A stretch of DNA of 64,000 nucleotides, taken from contig CM075986.1 of assembly GCA_038087875.1 (NCBI GenBank), positions 13,826,001 through 13,890,000 of the forward strand, in the 5' to 3' direction. A model generated the notes under the pieces. That model had not been told where the DNA came from. It saw only the letters and a list, made by a program, of their open reading frames with translations, and ran no database searches. Made by a program: the position numbers and the translations under genes. This DNA is from Malacoraja senta (Eukaryota). Shown here in pieces: positions 1-14,197 of this stretch (the first letter of the stretch is position 1; each line of letters begins with the position of its first letter).

Positions 1-3000
1 TAACTTCGAATAATTTATGTTGAAATGTCCGTGCGGGCAAATATCTAGCTGTTTAAACTGTGGCTTGATTTAAAAGAAATGTCTTCTTGCAACTTCAGTG
101 CCTGGCTCTTTTACAACCATATCCGTGATGACTGGCTGCATATTAGTGAACTTCTGTTGGTATTTCTGTATCCCATTTATTTTTCCACACAGAGGAATTG
201 TTCATTTTCTGGAAGATTGTAAACATCAGCATACGGGCAGTTCTGAGGAACGGAGCCCTAACATAACCCAGGGAGTGGCTGCACTCAAGAGGTGGCCTCA
301 TCGATACACTGTACAATTGCAACCAAACATCCCTATTTCTGAACTCTAACATTCTTGCGATGAAGGCCGACATGCCTATTAAACAACTGCAGCTGCATAT
401 TAATCTTTTGTGATTTATGCACAACAACTAGATTCCTCCGCATTCCACTCATTTGCAATCTCCCTCCATTTCGATCCCACCGACTGATCACTGCAATTCA
501 TCTATACTTTCTGAACTAAATGAGAGGAGCCAAAATTTAGTTCACTGACTCATGGAAATCATAAAATAATGGGGAGTTTATGACATGAGGCTACTTAGTT
601 CATTGTATTTGTCAATAAAGTTACCCAATGTGATGATGACAAGGGGTGTGGGGAGAGAGTAAGCCATAATATTGGGAGAGAGGTTCAGCCATGATTGCAT
701 TGAATTGTGGAAGAAGCTTGAAGGGCTGAATGGGCTGCACCTACCCTCTTTCTACTACGTTCCTTTTTTTAAATCTATCCCACTTTCCAGAACAAGCTCA
801 ACGGCTCCACAGGACACAGGCCTTCCAGCACATATTCGAGTATCTTATAAATGTGCTGAAGGGTGCCCTGTTAGGCAAGGAGTTCCAGACTTCTCTCTGA
901 TCCATCCACCAATTCCTTCACATCTCTGCCCTCTGGTTTTCCTTTTATCCTCAACAATTACCCATGCAGCAACTTGTTTTCTAATTTTTTTGGAATTGGA
1001 TTAATTTTGGACCAAACTTCATAATAGCTGTTACCGGTTAGTCAGAGCAACAGAGGGTAATTTTATTTTTCAGCCATAATCATTTCTTCATCCTCTTATT
1101 ACCTGTCAGGTAATGACAATAGAAATTTTGATTTGCTCCTAGTGGGCCTTTCTTATCATGGCTGCAGGGCAGACTAATTCCATTATGGACTTTCTACGAG
1201 ACCTGTAGAGACAGAGAGTTGTACTGCCCTTACCCATGCATGAGGCTCGTTTCTGTAAGTATGATAACAGCTAGAATATCTCAATTACGTGCCTGAAATA
1301 TTAGGCAATGTTAAAGCAAAACAGAAAATCCCATGTAACGTGACCAGAATCGTGCATTGATTTTTTTTTTTTTATTGCAAATTCCAAGTGTTATGACTGA
1401 AGCAGATGGAACTATCTCAGCCATTTCAAGAGGGAACTGTTATAACGGCTGTGGCTTAGCAAGACAGCTGTAATTATGATGTTACTCTGCCTGGTTGGTG
1501 CAGACAGGTATTTGCCTAGAGTGTTGTTTACCTTTTAAAAGAGTTTTATCTCCCCATCAAGGGCGCTCAGCATCAAATAAATCAAAGACAGTCGTCTAAT
1601 GGTTTCTGTGCAGGAGTAACAACTCGAAGGTCACAGTTTCAAATCTGACCATCTTAGTTTGTGAAACTTACAATTTGGTTGGGGAACAGGAATATATCTC
1701 CTTCTGTAAAGACATTCAGCCCAACACCAAAACCACCCTGGATGCTGACTCTAAATGTTGCAATCTATCAGTAGAAAGGAAAGAATTGCTGCAAGGTATG
1801 ATGCGATATGTAAGTGGAACAATTCCAGACAGCTAATCCAACAAGTTTTCATCATAAATATCTTTGAAGTATTTCCATTCTCATGGTATTACATTTATTG
1901 GCCAACATCTTGCTTGTCATCGCCTCGATGCTGCGAAAGTGGTACCTTGCCTTGCTGACACATGAGCTGGGAATGTTCTCTGATCTCAAGGTCCATCGGC
2001 ATAAGTTCCTTGGCAGAGCCACCAGCAACTATCCTGGCTGAGTCTCAAACAACATAACCATCCAATTACACTTGTGCAAGATGGGAGAAAACTATCAGGC
2101 TGAGCATGCCTTCACTAGAATACCTCTTGCATGTATAATTGCCCACTTTAGCAATGATAGAATTTTTTTGAATATGTTCACAGAATATGGATGTCAATAG
2201 CAATGCCAGTAATTATTGTCCTCACCTACTAGCCCCTAAACTCAAGAAAAAGTTGGGAATCATTTACATTCATGGGTCTGAAGGGAAGTTAGTAAACTCC
2301 TTGGGAGTGCAGAAAAATTATCAGCATTGTATCTGGACTCCTGGGATTCAATTAGAACATAACTGGGGATGTGTCTGCAGAATTGAGATGGTTGAGGAAA
2401 ACTGGATTGAAACATTTAAAATAATGAAGAGAGACTGATGGGTTAGATGGAAAGGAATGATTGCTGCCTGTCTAAATTGAACAATGTAATTGCATCTTCC
2501 TCCACCACATCCTCCAGCAGCTTGCTCTGGATAGGTGTGTAGATGTCCAGATATGTAGGCAAGCCTCCCCATCAGATATCCTTTAAATTTCTGCACACTC
2601 ATTTTAAATCTGTGCCCTCTAGTTCTAGGATTGCCTGCCATGCGAAAAAGACTCTGATTCTCTCTACACCTCCACACAATTTTTAAAAACATCCTTAAGG
2701 TCACCCCTCAGACTCCAACATTCCAATGAGAATAGACTATCCTATCCAATCTCTACCTATAACAATGGCCCTCCAATGGATGAGAGCATAGGAAGTACAA
2801 GCAAGAACATCAGAGCTATCTTCTTCCGGGCTAAAGATAGTAAGCACTATGAAGATGGAGATAGAAATTGAAACTTGCACAGATACTCTGTTGATGTTGG
2901 GTGAAATTGTTGGAGCAAGTGGTGTTGCCCTGATGCAGAATGCAGAAGTACAGAGGAATTCCATAGATAAACTCATTATTTTATCCACAGAGAAATAGCA

Positions 3001-6000
3001 CCTAGGGTCTGAGTTGCATCAGTTGCATGCAAGTCGTTGTGTCAGAGCAGAAAATACAGCAGTCACTTAGGGCATAGCAATAAGGTCAGAGAGGTTAAGT
3101 TTGACGTGGGGCAAGTTTTTTTTACACAGACAGAGGTGTGTGCCTGGAATGTGCTACCAGGGGCACTGGTGGAAACAAATATGATTATGGCATTTCAGAG
3201 GCTTTTAGATAAGCACATTAATGGTGGGATATGGAATACATGCAGTCAGAACAGATTAGTTTAATTTAGCATTACTTCTGCCACAGGTATCGAAGGCTGA
3301 AGGGCCTGTTCCTGTGCTGCATTGTTCAATGTTTGTGTTCTAGGACACATCATTTGAATCCAGCAATGCCAGAAAATCCACCTGCTTATTTGGCCTCATC
3401 TTCTTGGGTAAAGGAAAAGCAGAGGAAGTTATTTCCTTCAGGTCTTGAGCATCAATAACTACTGAGCGGCAAACCAAATTGTGGCATTGATCAGCTGCAG
3501 CTTTCTGAAACAATCCCAATTCTAAGAAGCTGAGGACGACAGCGACCTTGAATTCTCATGGGAAGAGGGAAGTAAGTATGAGTGCATGAGTGGAGACTAT
3601 TTTATACCTATGCCCAACTGCATTTGGATAGTGCAGGTTATTGAGACACTGCTTCTTGAGGAGGTTGAGTTAGGAGAGTGTGTTCCTGCAGTCTATAAGG
3701 ATAGGATCTTCAAATGTCTACCACTGCAACTTCCCTTCCAATGTCCCCGATCACTTGCCCATGACGTCAATGATCACTGACTTGGTCCCACTAATAAAGG
3801 GCAGCAATCAGAATTACAAGAGAAGCACCCATTATATGTACACAGAATTCCAAGTGCTGTTGAATCAATTCTCTGTAAAGTTGCATCAAAACGTTCCCAT
3901 TTTTATGTTCCATATCCCTTACAATAAAGACCAACAATTTAATTAGCCTTCCTAACTCCTTAGTGAACTTGAATGCTGAACCTTTGTGTTTCATGCAACA
4001 GATTTCCCAGGTTCCTTTATGTAGCAACGTTAAGTTGGTGTTTTGTAGTAACATTTTGGTGGTTGGTGGAGTAGGAGGCTTCACAGTTTATCTCAGATCA
4101 ATCATTGAATTTCCCAACAGAAAATTGAATCACGAAGGATGAATATAGGTCCTAAAAACCTCAAGTTCTTTCTTCCATTCTCTGCGTGATTCAGTTGGTT
4201 TCCCATTCAGCAAAACATGTTACTTGGTATTTTTTAATTGGATCTGCTGCACGTAACATGTTATAGTTATGGTTATTGTTAGTTATAACGATATATAGAA
4301 ACAGACCATTCAGCCTACCGAGTCCACATAGTCCATCAATTACCCATTCACAATAGTTCTCACAATCTTATCCAACCTTCACATCCACTGTTGCAACATT
4401 TTATGACCAGAAAATATAAAACTCAGGTGAGTGGTTGTGCCATTTCCTCACTTTGCGCTATCCACCCTTCATAATTTTCAGACACGGTGGTAATTCTATA
4501 TGGCTGCCGTTCTTTGTTGCTCATGAATCTTGAAAAACGTTCAAGCGTAAACATGCACGGCAGACACATACATGGTTTCCGTACTTGGTGGGAATTTCAA
4601 AGTCATAGTTCATCTGAATCAATGGATCAACATTCCTGTCCAAATGGGTTGACTCAATTCAACGTGGACCTGTTTTATCAAATTAAATCTTAAGTGACGA
4701 GTTGAGCTGGGCTGTGATATAGAGGGCAGCAACTTACTTAGAGGGTTAACATTAAAGTAACTCTGAAGTTCTTCAGCTCTTTTGGGTGCTTTTGATGGAT
4801 GATCTCCTTACACACTTGTCAAGTTTATCCCCTGCAGTGGTGGAAGGTATAGCTGGGACCTGTTTTGTGTAACAGAGACTGACAAAGCTGGGATGTGTCA
4901 GCCCACAGCTCCAGGTGCTTCACTTAACATATTCATCAGCCCTCTCCTATTCATTTCCCCCACTCCCTGCCCCAGGATATGAAGACTCCTCCTAATAAAG
5001 CTCTTCGTTTGTCCTCCTTCCTGGGTGAATCTGGCTGAGCTCCAGTGAAAGAATCACCTGGGGACATGCAGTACAGTGGTGGCTCGCTGCCCCTGATATT
5101 CTAATCCTATTTACAATACATGGGCTTTATCTGACATGCTTCATTGGCTTTTTGCTGCTGGCTGTTGTGGCTGTGTGAACCGCATTACTGACTGACTGCG
5201 GTGAGAGGAGATTGACCGGTCTTGTGATAGATTCCCTCGCTCACACACACCTGCCCTAATTCAGCACAAATCTGCCCAAAAATGACAACCTTCCAGCTAT
5301 ATTTTTTTCCCCTGCTAGTAGTTTGTTTTAATCATGACTAGTGAACTCACTGAACAACAGACTTGTATGAGAACAAGCCTGAAGGTTTGATAAATAAGGA
5401 ATTAAAAAAATATATTTTCCCCTTAACTAAATCAATAAGCACGATCTCCTCCAGAATTTCATGTCTTCTTTAGTTTTGGCACCGACTGTTGTGAATCTAG
5501 CATTTCCTTCTATCTTTCACAGATAATTGTCTTTTCATATTCACAAAGTCCAAAATCTACATTTTGCAATCTTACCCATGTAGCCATATTTTTAAAAAGA
5601 CATCAGAACTCTAGCAGATGTCCATGATTTACTCCATCACCCCAGGCTGTACCATAATATCTGTTGTTCATCTACATGACCCTTATTTGAATGTTGCATT
5701 ACCACACATTGGAATTGTCGATGTTATCCCTCCTGTGCTCTTCTACCAGCACCCACTAGTGCTGTGACATCGACGAACAACTAACCACGCACGTACAACA
5801 TCCCACCCTAAACTTGGCGAGGCCGAATGCCAGCGAAATCTTCAACCTTGATCGACATAGTCTGATCCCCACCTCTGTTCTGGACAACAGAAGACAGTGA
5901 ACCTGACAAGTCTGAACGTTCTTGTTGCACCTTCCATAACTATAATGTCAGCTCAAACTGCATGGATGAAATCAATTAATTCAACATATAAAGCCATTGG

Positions 6001-6302
6001 CCCAGAGAATATTAAAAAGATACAACACAGAAACTGGCCCTTCAGCCCACCGAGTCCAGCCACATACTTACATTAATCCTACCAAGCGCCAGTGTTATAA
6101 TCCTTACCTGTCTGGCACTGGAGCATGAAGAACAGAAGTAGACCTCTGAGTTGCTTCTTTGGGACTCATTGAGTGAATGCGATGAAAGACTCGGATGCAG
6201 ACAATGGGATTGATGGGACCTTGGGGAAAACTGCAACCACTGCTTGGTCATGCTATAATTCTGTGCAATTTTGAAATTAACACTGAGTGTGCAAGTACCT
6301 AT

Positions 6303-6583
6303 AGTTTAGACTTTAGACATACAGCATGGAAACAGGTCCTTCAGCCAGTGAGTCCACACTGACCAATGACCACCCCATACACGAGCGTTATCCTACACAT
6401 TAGGAACCATTTACAATTTTTTGCCAAAGCCAATTAACCTACTGCCCTCTATGTTTATGGAGTGTATCAGGAAACCGGAGCACCCAGAGAAAACCCATGC
6501 GGTCACAGGGAGAATGGACAAACTCAATACCGAACCCGGGTGCTGTAAGGCAGCAACTATACTACTGTGCCACTGTGCCACCC
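6303..6583 (-). mobile_element. HE1/V-SINE
   Basis: Reverse complement of the same head/core/tail as 31504-31805. Confidence 0.8.
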
Positions 6584-9500
6584 TTGTATTTACAGTTATC
6601 ATTTTAGTTCTGCTCTAAGCATTTAGCAGGAAGGTGCACCAGTTCACAACTATTTCTTTGTTCTATTCTTTTGATATAATTCATGGATTAAAACAATGTG
6701 GGATTTTATTGCCCTAGTTTCTGTCACAGAGAATGCCAAGAAGCATTTGATTCTAGTATGAAGAGCTGGGTGCTGATTCACAGAAGATAAAGTACAATGT
6801 CAACTTCAAAATCTTGTACCTTCAGCCCACTGAGCCAATTTGACGTGTCCAGTTAGATTGTGGCTGAGTTGTCTCTCAACGATGTCAACCCATTTATATT
6901 CCATAATACTTGAACCCAACGGATATCATTGGATCTCAAATTGGAAAGTTATAATTATCTTAATCTCACAGTTTTTACGGGGAAGTAATTTCTACAACTC
7001 TTTGTGTGAAGGAGCACTCTTTGATAGTATCTATGAACTGCGAAGTTCAAATTTAAGATTGTTTGCCATTATTTTTAATTTTTGTTTCCCTGGTAAGAGC
7101 TTCTTTCTGTCTACCCTATCGAACCCTTCAGTCTTCAGGCCAAGGCAACTTTTTCTCTCATAATTTATCCTGATGCTCTCCTGGTGATAACTCCACAGGG
7201 TTTGCGTGGCCATCTCAATAGATTTAAATTGAGCAATAGCAAATCCTTTGCTTTTGCCATCCTTTAACGACCTACGGTGCCTTTTCATTAATGTTTTGAA
7301 GAGTAGAAGTAAGCGATAATAGACTGTAGCTAATCATGATCTTTCTACCAATAGGGCTGATGAAACTGAAGGAAACTATCAAAGAAGACGTGGCACTAGC
7401 AGCATTTTAGATGAAGATCCAAGAAACATACATAATTTTGGCTGTGAGGACCTTGCATCTGAAGAAGATACACGATCAGTCAAAGTAAGGATGGAATATG
7501 TAGAAATGCATCAGCATTCAAATATACTCAACTCAAATGCAGGAAGCTGCAGTGTCAGAGGATCTAAGCGCAACAAGAGTCTATTCAGCTTCTCACCCTT
7601 TACCAGACATCTGAACCAGTTATGAGTCAAGGGTCCACATTGGGATGGGAAGATCCCAAAACAGTCAAAGCTCAGCGTGAGTCTTGTCTCAGTTCTTATC
7701 TCAAGTACCTCTTCACCTGAGATGATGCAGCACAAAAGTGGGAGGATGGGATTTGGAGATTGCATAATTGCATTCAAAAGCTCGTGTGAAACATATACAT
7801 AACATGAAACAATATGTTTTATCTATTTACCACCTTTATACTCCTAGATGAAAATAGATGGCCTTTGCTCGTTCATTAAATGCTGACTAAATATTCTAAT
7901 CAGTAGGTAAATGTGAGACACGGATGAGGCAACAATGAAATGAATTTGAGTTGCACACACACCACCTACTGGTACCAGACCGAGATCAAGCTAACCATTT
8001 TTCCTTAAAAGCCAATAACTGGGTAAAAACCTTAAAACCATTCAATTTGTTGTGGCTGAAGGAGTTTTGACATACATCTCCGACTCTTGCTGACTGTGTA
8101 GCATCACAGTACACCAACCTTTTCACTTTTCTTTCCTTTCCCATAGATATCCACATTTAATGGTATGGCTGCCAATGTCACATATCTGAATGTAGGGAGT
8201 GGGATTTGAGTGGCAATAAGGAGTGAAAATAAGGAGGTGTGTCAGGAAAACATAAATGAGGCATGATGTAGCAGCTATCATTCCTCTGTAGAAGATGGAG
8301 CTGCATCATGAGTTACAGGTATTTGTACCAGACCTGCACCTCTATTATATAAATGTATGTAACTATAGATGCAATTTAACCCAAAAATTCCAAGCAGAAT
8401 GTTACCTTCCTGCCATCCTGTAGAAATCTCTTTGGAGCTACAAAGAATTAAATAGAATCTTTACAGCACTGCCACAAGCCATTGAGCACATTATATCTGC
8501 ATCAATGTTAATGCTCCAACTCCTTGTCCAGTTCTATGAATATAACTTTGTTTTGCTGCCTTCTTTGTGTACTTACTTTTCTTTCTCTAAAATGTTTAGT
8601 TGCCTCAACTAGGAGTTCATAATTTCAACCATTACCTGTTTCTCCCAAATTCCCTATGGCAAATGATCGTACAGATTGTCACTTGGACTGTATGTGAACT
8701 GAAGATTAGATATGGCACTAAGCCCACTTGTTAGATGCCGAGTTGTTGGGCTGGTGAATTGAAACTGTGGACTGCTCACCAAATATCAAAGGTGGATATT
8801 TTCCAGGTATTACACTATTAGCGATTATGAGGTTAATGTATCAGTGTGATGTGCTCATAATGTGTCTTCCCAATTGATCATCATGGTTTATTACACCATT
8901 TTTGAAAATAGTGTGTTTCTTTGTGTAAATTTGGTTTATTGCGATAATTCAGAGTCACAGAGTCATACAGCGTGGAAACAGGCCCTTGAGCCCAACTTGC
9001 CCACATCGACCAACATGTCCCATCTATACTAATCCCACCTGCCTACATTTGGCCCATGTCCTATTACACCTGTCCTTTCATGTACTCACGGCCCATGGTT
9101 ACATGCAGCAAGACTCAAACAAAATTCAGGCCTGACATGACAAATGGTAAATGACATGTGTACCATAAAAGTGTCAGATAACAACAGGAATTCACAGGAG
9201 TGAATTCATGCACCTTCAAGACTGTCTTGTGGTCTCTCAAGACAGAAATCTGTTTTCAAGAAGCGTTTCTATTGTTTTATAGTTTGCCCTCTGATCCTTC
9301 CTCCCTCCAGCGGAGCTCCAAGCTGGAACAAAGCCAGTCCAAATTGACTCCAAACCAACTTCTCTTCACTTTGGCCAACAATGTGGCTGTCTTAAAACCC
9401 AGAAAACACATTAATTACTGCACCATTGTCAAATTACCAATTTCCTACAGCATCCACGGTCTCTTTGCGTGAGATTTATAATGTGATGTATAATGTGGAA

Positions 9501-10201
9501 TTATGAGACAGTAATCAATGTTGACTGCAGCTGGATTCAGACCATCCACATTTATTTACACAAGATGCTTGTAATTCAAAGAAACGTTTAACAGCAGCTT
9601 ACATTTATGCTGAGGAATGTGCCATCACTCGAGGCTGGAAAGGACAGTGTACAAATTCACAGTTCCTCCCAGTCTACTGGGAGTTAGCTCATTGGGGATT
9701 AAAATAAACTTTAAGGAGGCTTATAAACAACTGAACATCAATAATAATGTCCTGTTACTGTTTATACAGACTACACTTGTAGGTGAGATAATCGTTATGT
9801 GAAACAATTCAAGGAATATTTTTAGGAAATTGTGGAAATGGACGACTCTGTCGTTCAACTTTCCAGTGGGAAATGGCCTTTGCAGGGAACACACCTCAGG
9901 AAATCATAGGCACCCAGCCAATGATCTTATTTCGATTAATTTTTTGGCAGATTTGAAATTGTCAGCTTTGCTAACAATTATCTTATTATATATGTTCCCT
10001 GCACATGGACCTCCACTTGGATAGTTGGACTATAACATAACCTGCAGCAAATCTTACTGATGAGAAAACGTAGGGCTTTGGAGAATAACCTTGCTGCTTT
10101 ACATGTGAGTGGGAATGATGGGGTTGCTTGGGGGCAATCTCAGTGCACTACCTTAGTGCACTGATTGGTGTAAGCACCTGCACTAGTACCTGCAGTATAT
10201 A

Positions 10202-10609
10202 CATGTCCACCACTGATTTTCTGGAACTGGTAATCTGGCACCTCCTTTAATCTGGCCAAAATTACGAGAGCGCACGTGAACCACCCCCTCCCCGGAAGCT
10301 CCCCCTAAAACATAGCCTGAAGCAGCCGATCTCAACCTCATTGAGACTTCCGCGCCAATCGAGGTAGAATTTGCCCACCGCGACCGGGGCTTTGGAACTC
10401 TGGCCCGGCCAGAGCCGGCAGATCCATTCCCATAGCCGACTTCCAAGGTTGATTTTGCGGGACAGCATCTTGGCTCCATGGTGGCCTAGACAGACAATTC
10501 TAGTACTGTCTACCTCTTCTCAGAGGCCGTGACCTCTGTTGGTCTGGTCAAACTGATAATCCAGAAAGGCTCGGTAACCAAGGGTGCCGGAAAATCGCTG
10601 GTGGACTCA
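10202..10609. mobile_element. TA-flanked non-autonomous DNA transposon (Tc1/mariner-pogo-like MITE)
   Basis: Imperfect TIRs GTCCACCACTGATTTTCTGG / CCGGAAAATCGCTGGTGGAC; TA at both ends; CpG-rich interior. Confidence 0.6.
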
Positions 10610-10989
10610 TATCTGACATAGACACCTGCTCTCTTGTGTATCCAAATGCATGGCTGTATGTATTTTTAAGATTCCTGCATTAAATAATGGACTGATGGCG
10701 TAGCCATCTTTTATGTTTCCTGCTCAGAGTTGTCAGAGCACCCTGGTCAGTGAACAGGCTTGCGTGTGTAGGCAGGAGAAGTAGGAATGTTCATATGCTC
10801 TCTGCTGGTCTGTATTCACCTCTTCCTGTTGATTCCCTCATGGGGGAATCTAAGGGCTTCTGCCATGAGACAGTGGCCGCAACATTTTTTTAAAAGGCCT
10901 TGAGTCTAATTTTAGATTATCCCAAATATCTCATTTGGCCAACATTTGATGGACCAACTGTTGGTGAACTATCCAAAAATATGAATAGA

Positions 10990-11255
10990 AGAGTCTGAAG
11001 AAGGTCCCGACCTGAAATGATGTCTATCTAATCCGTCCACAAATGCTGCCTGACTTGCTGAGTTCCCCCAGCACTTTGTTTTATATTCAAGATTTCAGCA
11101 TCTGTAAAAAAAAGACACAAGACACAAACACTGGAGGGTCAGTGCTGCCTGGCCCTTTTGAGTTACTCCATCACTTTGTGTCTTTTTTCGTAAACCAGCA
11201 TCTGCAGTTCCTTGTTTCTCCATTTTGCAGCATCTGTAGTTCTTTGTGTTTCTGA
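10990..11255 (+). mobile_element. Penelope terminal repeat with a second mini-palindrome nested in it
   Basis: CTGAAGAAGGTCCCGACCTGAAA at 10995; duplicated CAGCATCTGTA at 11096-11106 and 11228-11238. Confidence 0.7.
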
Positions 11256-12409
11256 ATAATACACTTGTTTAATTTTGCCTGAACAGCTTTCTCAAGGTGT
11301 GCCTTTTAATCTTGTCCCATGATAGACTCCGAACAGAGTGTGTGTTTTTGGTATCAGGTGTTAGGCACTTTAATGACAGACTATAGAAGGCTGTCATGTA
11401 AATTAGCCACAGATTCAGGGTTCCATTTTGTGTGGATTGCAGAGATATACAATTCATGAAAAAATTTAACCCATCGATACCCTCCCCTATCTATAGCAGA
11501 AACAACATCACATGTTGTTTGGTGTTTTGTCTAACTACAGTACATTATTCGTCAGTCATAAGGAGTTCTACACAAGTATCATATAGACCTTGAGTTAATT
11601 AATCAGCAGCCAGCGATAGTCACAGGTGCAAGGCTGTGCATTTCATTCAATGTCAATACATATTAATCAAAGAGCTGATTTTCAAGAGGAGGCGGATCCA
11701 TGAATGTAGTTGTAGAATCCAACTCCCGCATTCCTTCTCACCCTTCCCCCCACCCAATGACCCCACTCACAATTAGCCGGAATGGGGAGATTTTCTTCAT
11801 GGTATTTCAACCAAGCTGCGGGAAGTTGCACATCACTTGGTGTGAGCTGGAAAAGCACAGCTCTTTCCTGTAAATTTGGATGTCGTCCATTACCGTGTGA
11901 ACCGTCTCCACCCTTATATGGTATTTGCAAACAAATTTGTTTCTGCTTAAAACCATTTGCAAATGTTTATTCTGGCAAACAATCTCCAACTCCAAAGTTA
12001 TATTGATAGGATGACCATAGTTTCTCTGCAGAAGCCTTATACTCTTTTTTTTAATTTGATGCAGGAGAGATAACTGGAAAGGAAGAAGCAATGAAATAGA
12101 ATGGAATATTATAACACTTCCTATATTGGCATGACTGCTTAAACTAATACTGTGTTACTGTGGGAAAGTAGATTTCACTGAAACATAATGCAAAAATTGG
12201 TGAAAATAAGAAAGCCAATTGTATAGTCAATCCAGTATTCTAATTCTCTCACCTTCCTTTTAGACATCAATGCTTCCGAGATGATTTCAGTGTTTGTGGC
12301 TTTTGTCACCAGTCCTAGATCATCCAATCTGGGAAGAAAATCTCTCAGGATTTTCCACTGTTGTTACCTTTCCCGACTCGAATTTAGAACATAGAATATG
12401 CAACAGTAC

Positions 12410-12775
12410 AGCCGTAGGCTCTAACATCGGAGCCCCAGTTCACCTAGACGCTGCAGGTGGACTGCTGGACCGCGGGTTGGACTGCTTGAACCGCGGGGTT
12501 TAAAGGACACGGAGCCGGGGCCTAACATCACCCGGCGTGGCTAAATGGCCACAGGACTTACCATCGCCCGCCGGGGGCTTTAACATCGGAGCCCCAGTTC
12601 GCCTCGACGCTGGAATTGGACTGCTGGACCGCGGGAGAAGAACAAGGGGAAGAGATAAGACTTTTGTCTTCCATCACAGTGAGGAGGTGTTGGAGATTCA
12701 CTGTGATGGATGTTTATGTAAACTGTGTTAAGTGTGGGTCTTGTTTTTTTTTGTAATGTAAAAAACTGTAGTAAA
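12410..12775 (+). repeat. GC-rich unclassified interspersed repeat with an internal ~55-bp duplication and a 13-bp hairpin
   Basis: AACATCGG(G)AGCCCCAGTTC...GGACTGCTGGACCGCGGG twice; TCCATCACAGTGA/TCACTGTGATGGA. Confidence 0.6.
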
Positions 12776-13917
12776 TGATGCTGACCATGATGTCAAAGTA
12801 ACTAATGCACCTGGTCTGCATCCCACTATTTCCTGCCTGTTCATGTGTCTGTCGAAATCAAAGATGATAATGCACCGTACAGCACTTACTATTGTATCTG
12901 TTTTTACTATCTATCCTGGCAGAATGTTTCAGCCACCTATTACTTTCTGTGTCAAATATTTACTTTGCACATCTTTTTAAAACTTTCCCCTCTTATAATT
13001 GATGTTTCCACCCTGGGAAACAGACTCTGACTTCGTGCCATTTCTACTCTTCTCATAATTTTATATACTTCTGTCTGATCGCCCATTAGTCTCCAAAACA
13101 TCCGAGAAAAGAAAGTTTCTCCAACCTCTTCATACAGTTAGGACTCTCTAATCGAGGTAACATCCTGATCATCCTCTTCTGCACCATCTCCAGTGAATCC
13201 GTGTCCTTCCAAGAGTGACTTGACCAGAATTGCACACAATATTCCTACATGTTAACAGCTTATTACGTATTACGGATTACGTAATACGTTGCATTACGTA
13301 TTGGATATATATCTATATGAGACAATTGTTATAATTGATAAGCTCCAGCTTATTGTATCTGTTTTGTAAGGATCTTTCTTCTCTCATATTTCACATGCCT
13401 ATATATTGCCTGTTGGCTTCAAGGTGTGAATGATACATAGTTCTGTTCGAGCATAATATCAGACAATTGTATGACATAAGTAGGATTTTTGGAATGTAGA
13501 CGGTTCACTAATTTTCCTTAAGGCTTTGAACAATGAGTGATGAGACAATTAGAGTTGACCTATGCCTTGCAGAGTATATGCTTTATTGCTGTAAACCATA
13601 CTTGCTGATATAGGACTATATTAGCCATTTCTTAATCCAGGTGGATCCCATATCAGAGTTTCTTTGGAAATTTAGGTTGTGTTCCCCATTACCACCGAAT
13701 ATCTAACGTTGTATCTTTCATGAACTTAGCTTTGCAACATGACTGACAACCCATGTCAAGAAGCCTACCAGAAACATGGTGGGATTTCATATTGTCTCCA
13801 GGGATGATCATAGAGTCATGAAGTTGTATCCCAGATTAGGACTTTAACTTGAGGACCAGTCCTATTTTGTTTCACAACTATCTTGAAACTAATAGAATTT
13901 ATTTGGTTGATTGATTG

Positions 13918-14197
13918 ATTGAAAGTACAGCATGGAAACTGGTCCTTTGCTCACTAAACCTGCACTGACCATCGATCACCTATTCACACCAGTTCTATGC
14001 TATCCAACTTTCACAATTTACAAAGGCCAGTTAACTATAATTCCACACGTCTTTGGGATGTGGGAGGAAACCAAAGCATCCAAAACTATAGGGAGAACGT
14101 GCAAACTCCACACAGAACCATCCAAAGTCAGGATTAAACCCGGGTCTCTCGCACTGTCTGGCAGCAGCTCTACCGGCTGCTCCACTGTGTGGCCCAC
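13918..14197 (-). mobile_element. HE1/V-SINE
   Basis: Same family motifs on the minus strand. Confidence 0.8.

Noticed and set aside
5030-5180. Hydrophobic 49-codon open stretch (...YLTCFIGFLLLAVVAV*)
   Set aside because: No start codon, no clear splice acceptor and no homology recognised
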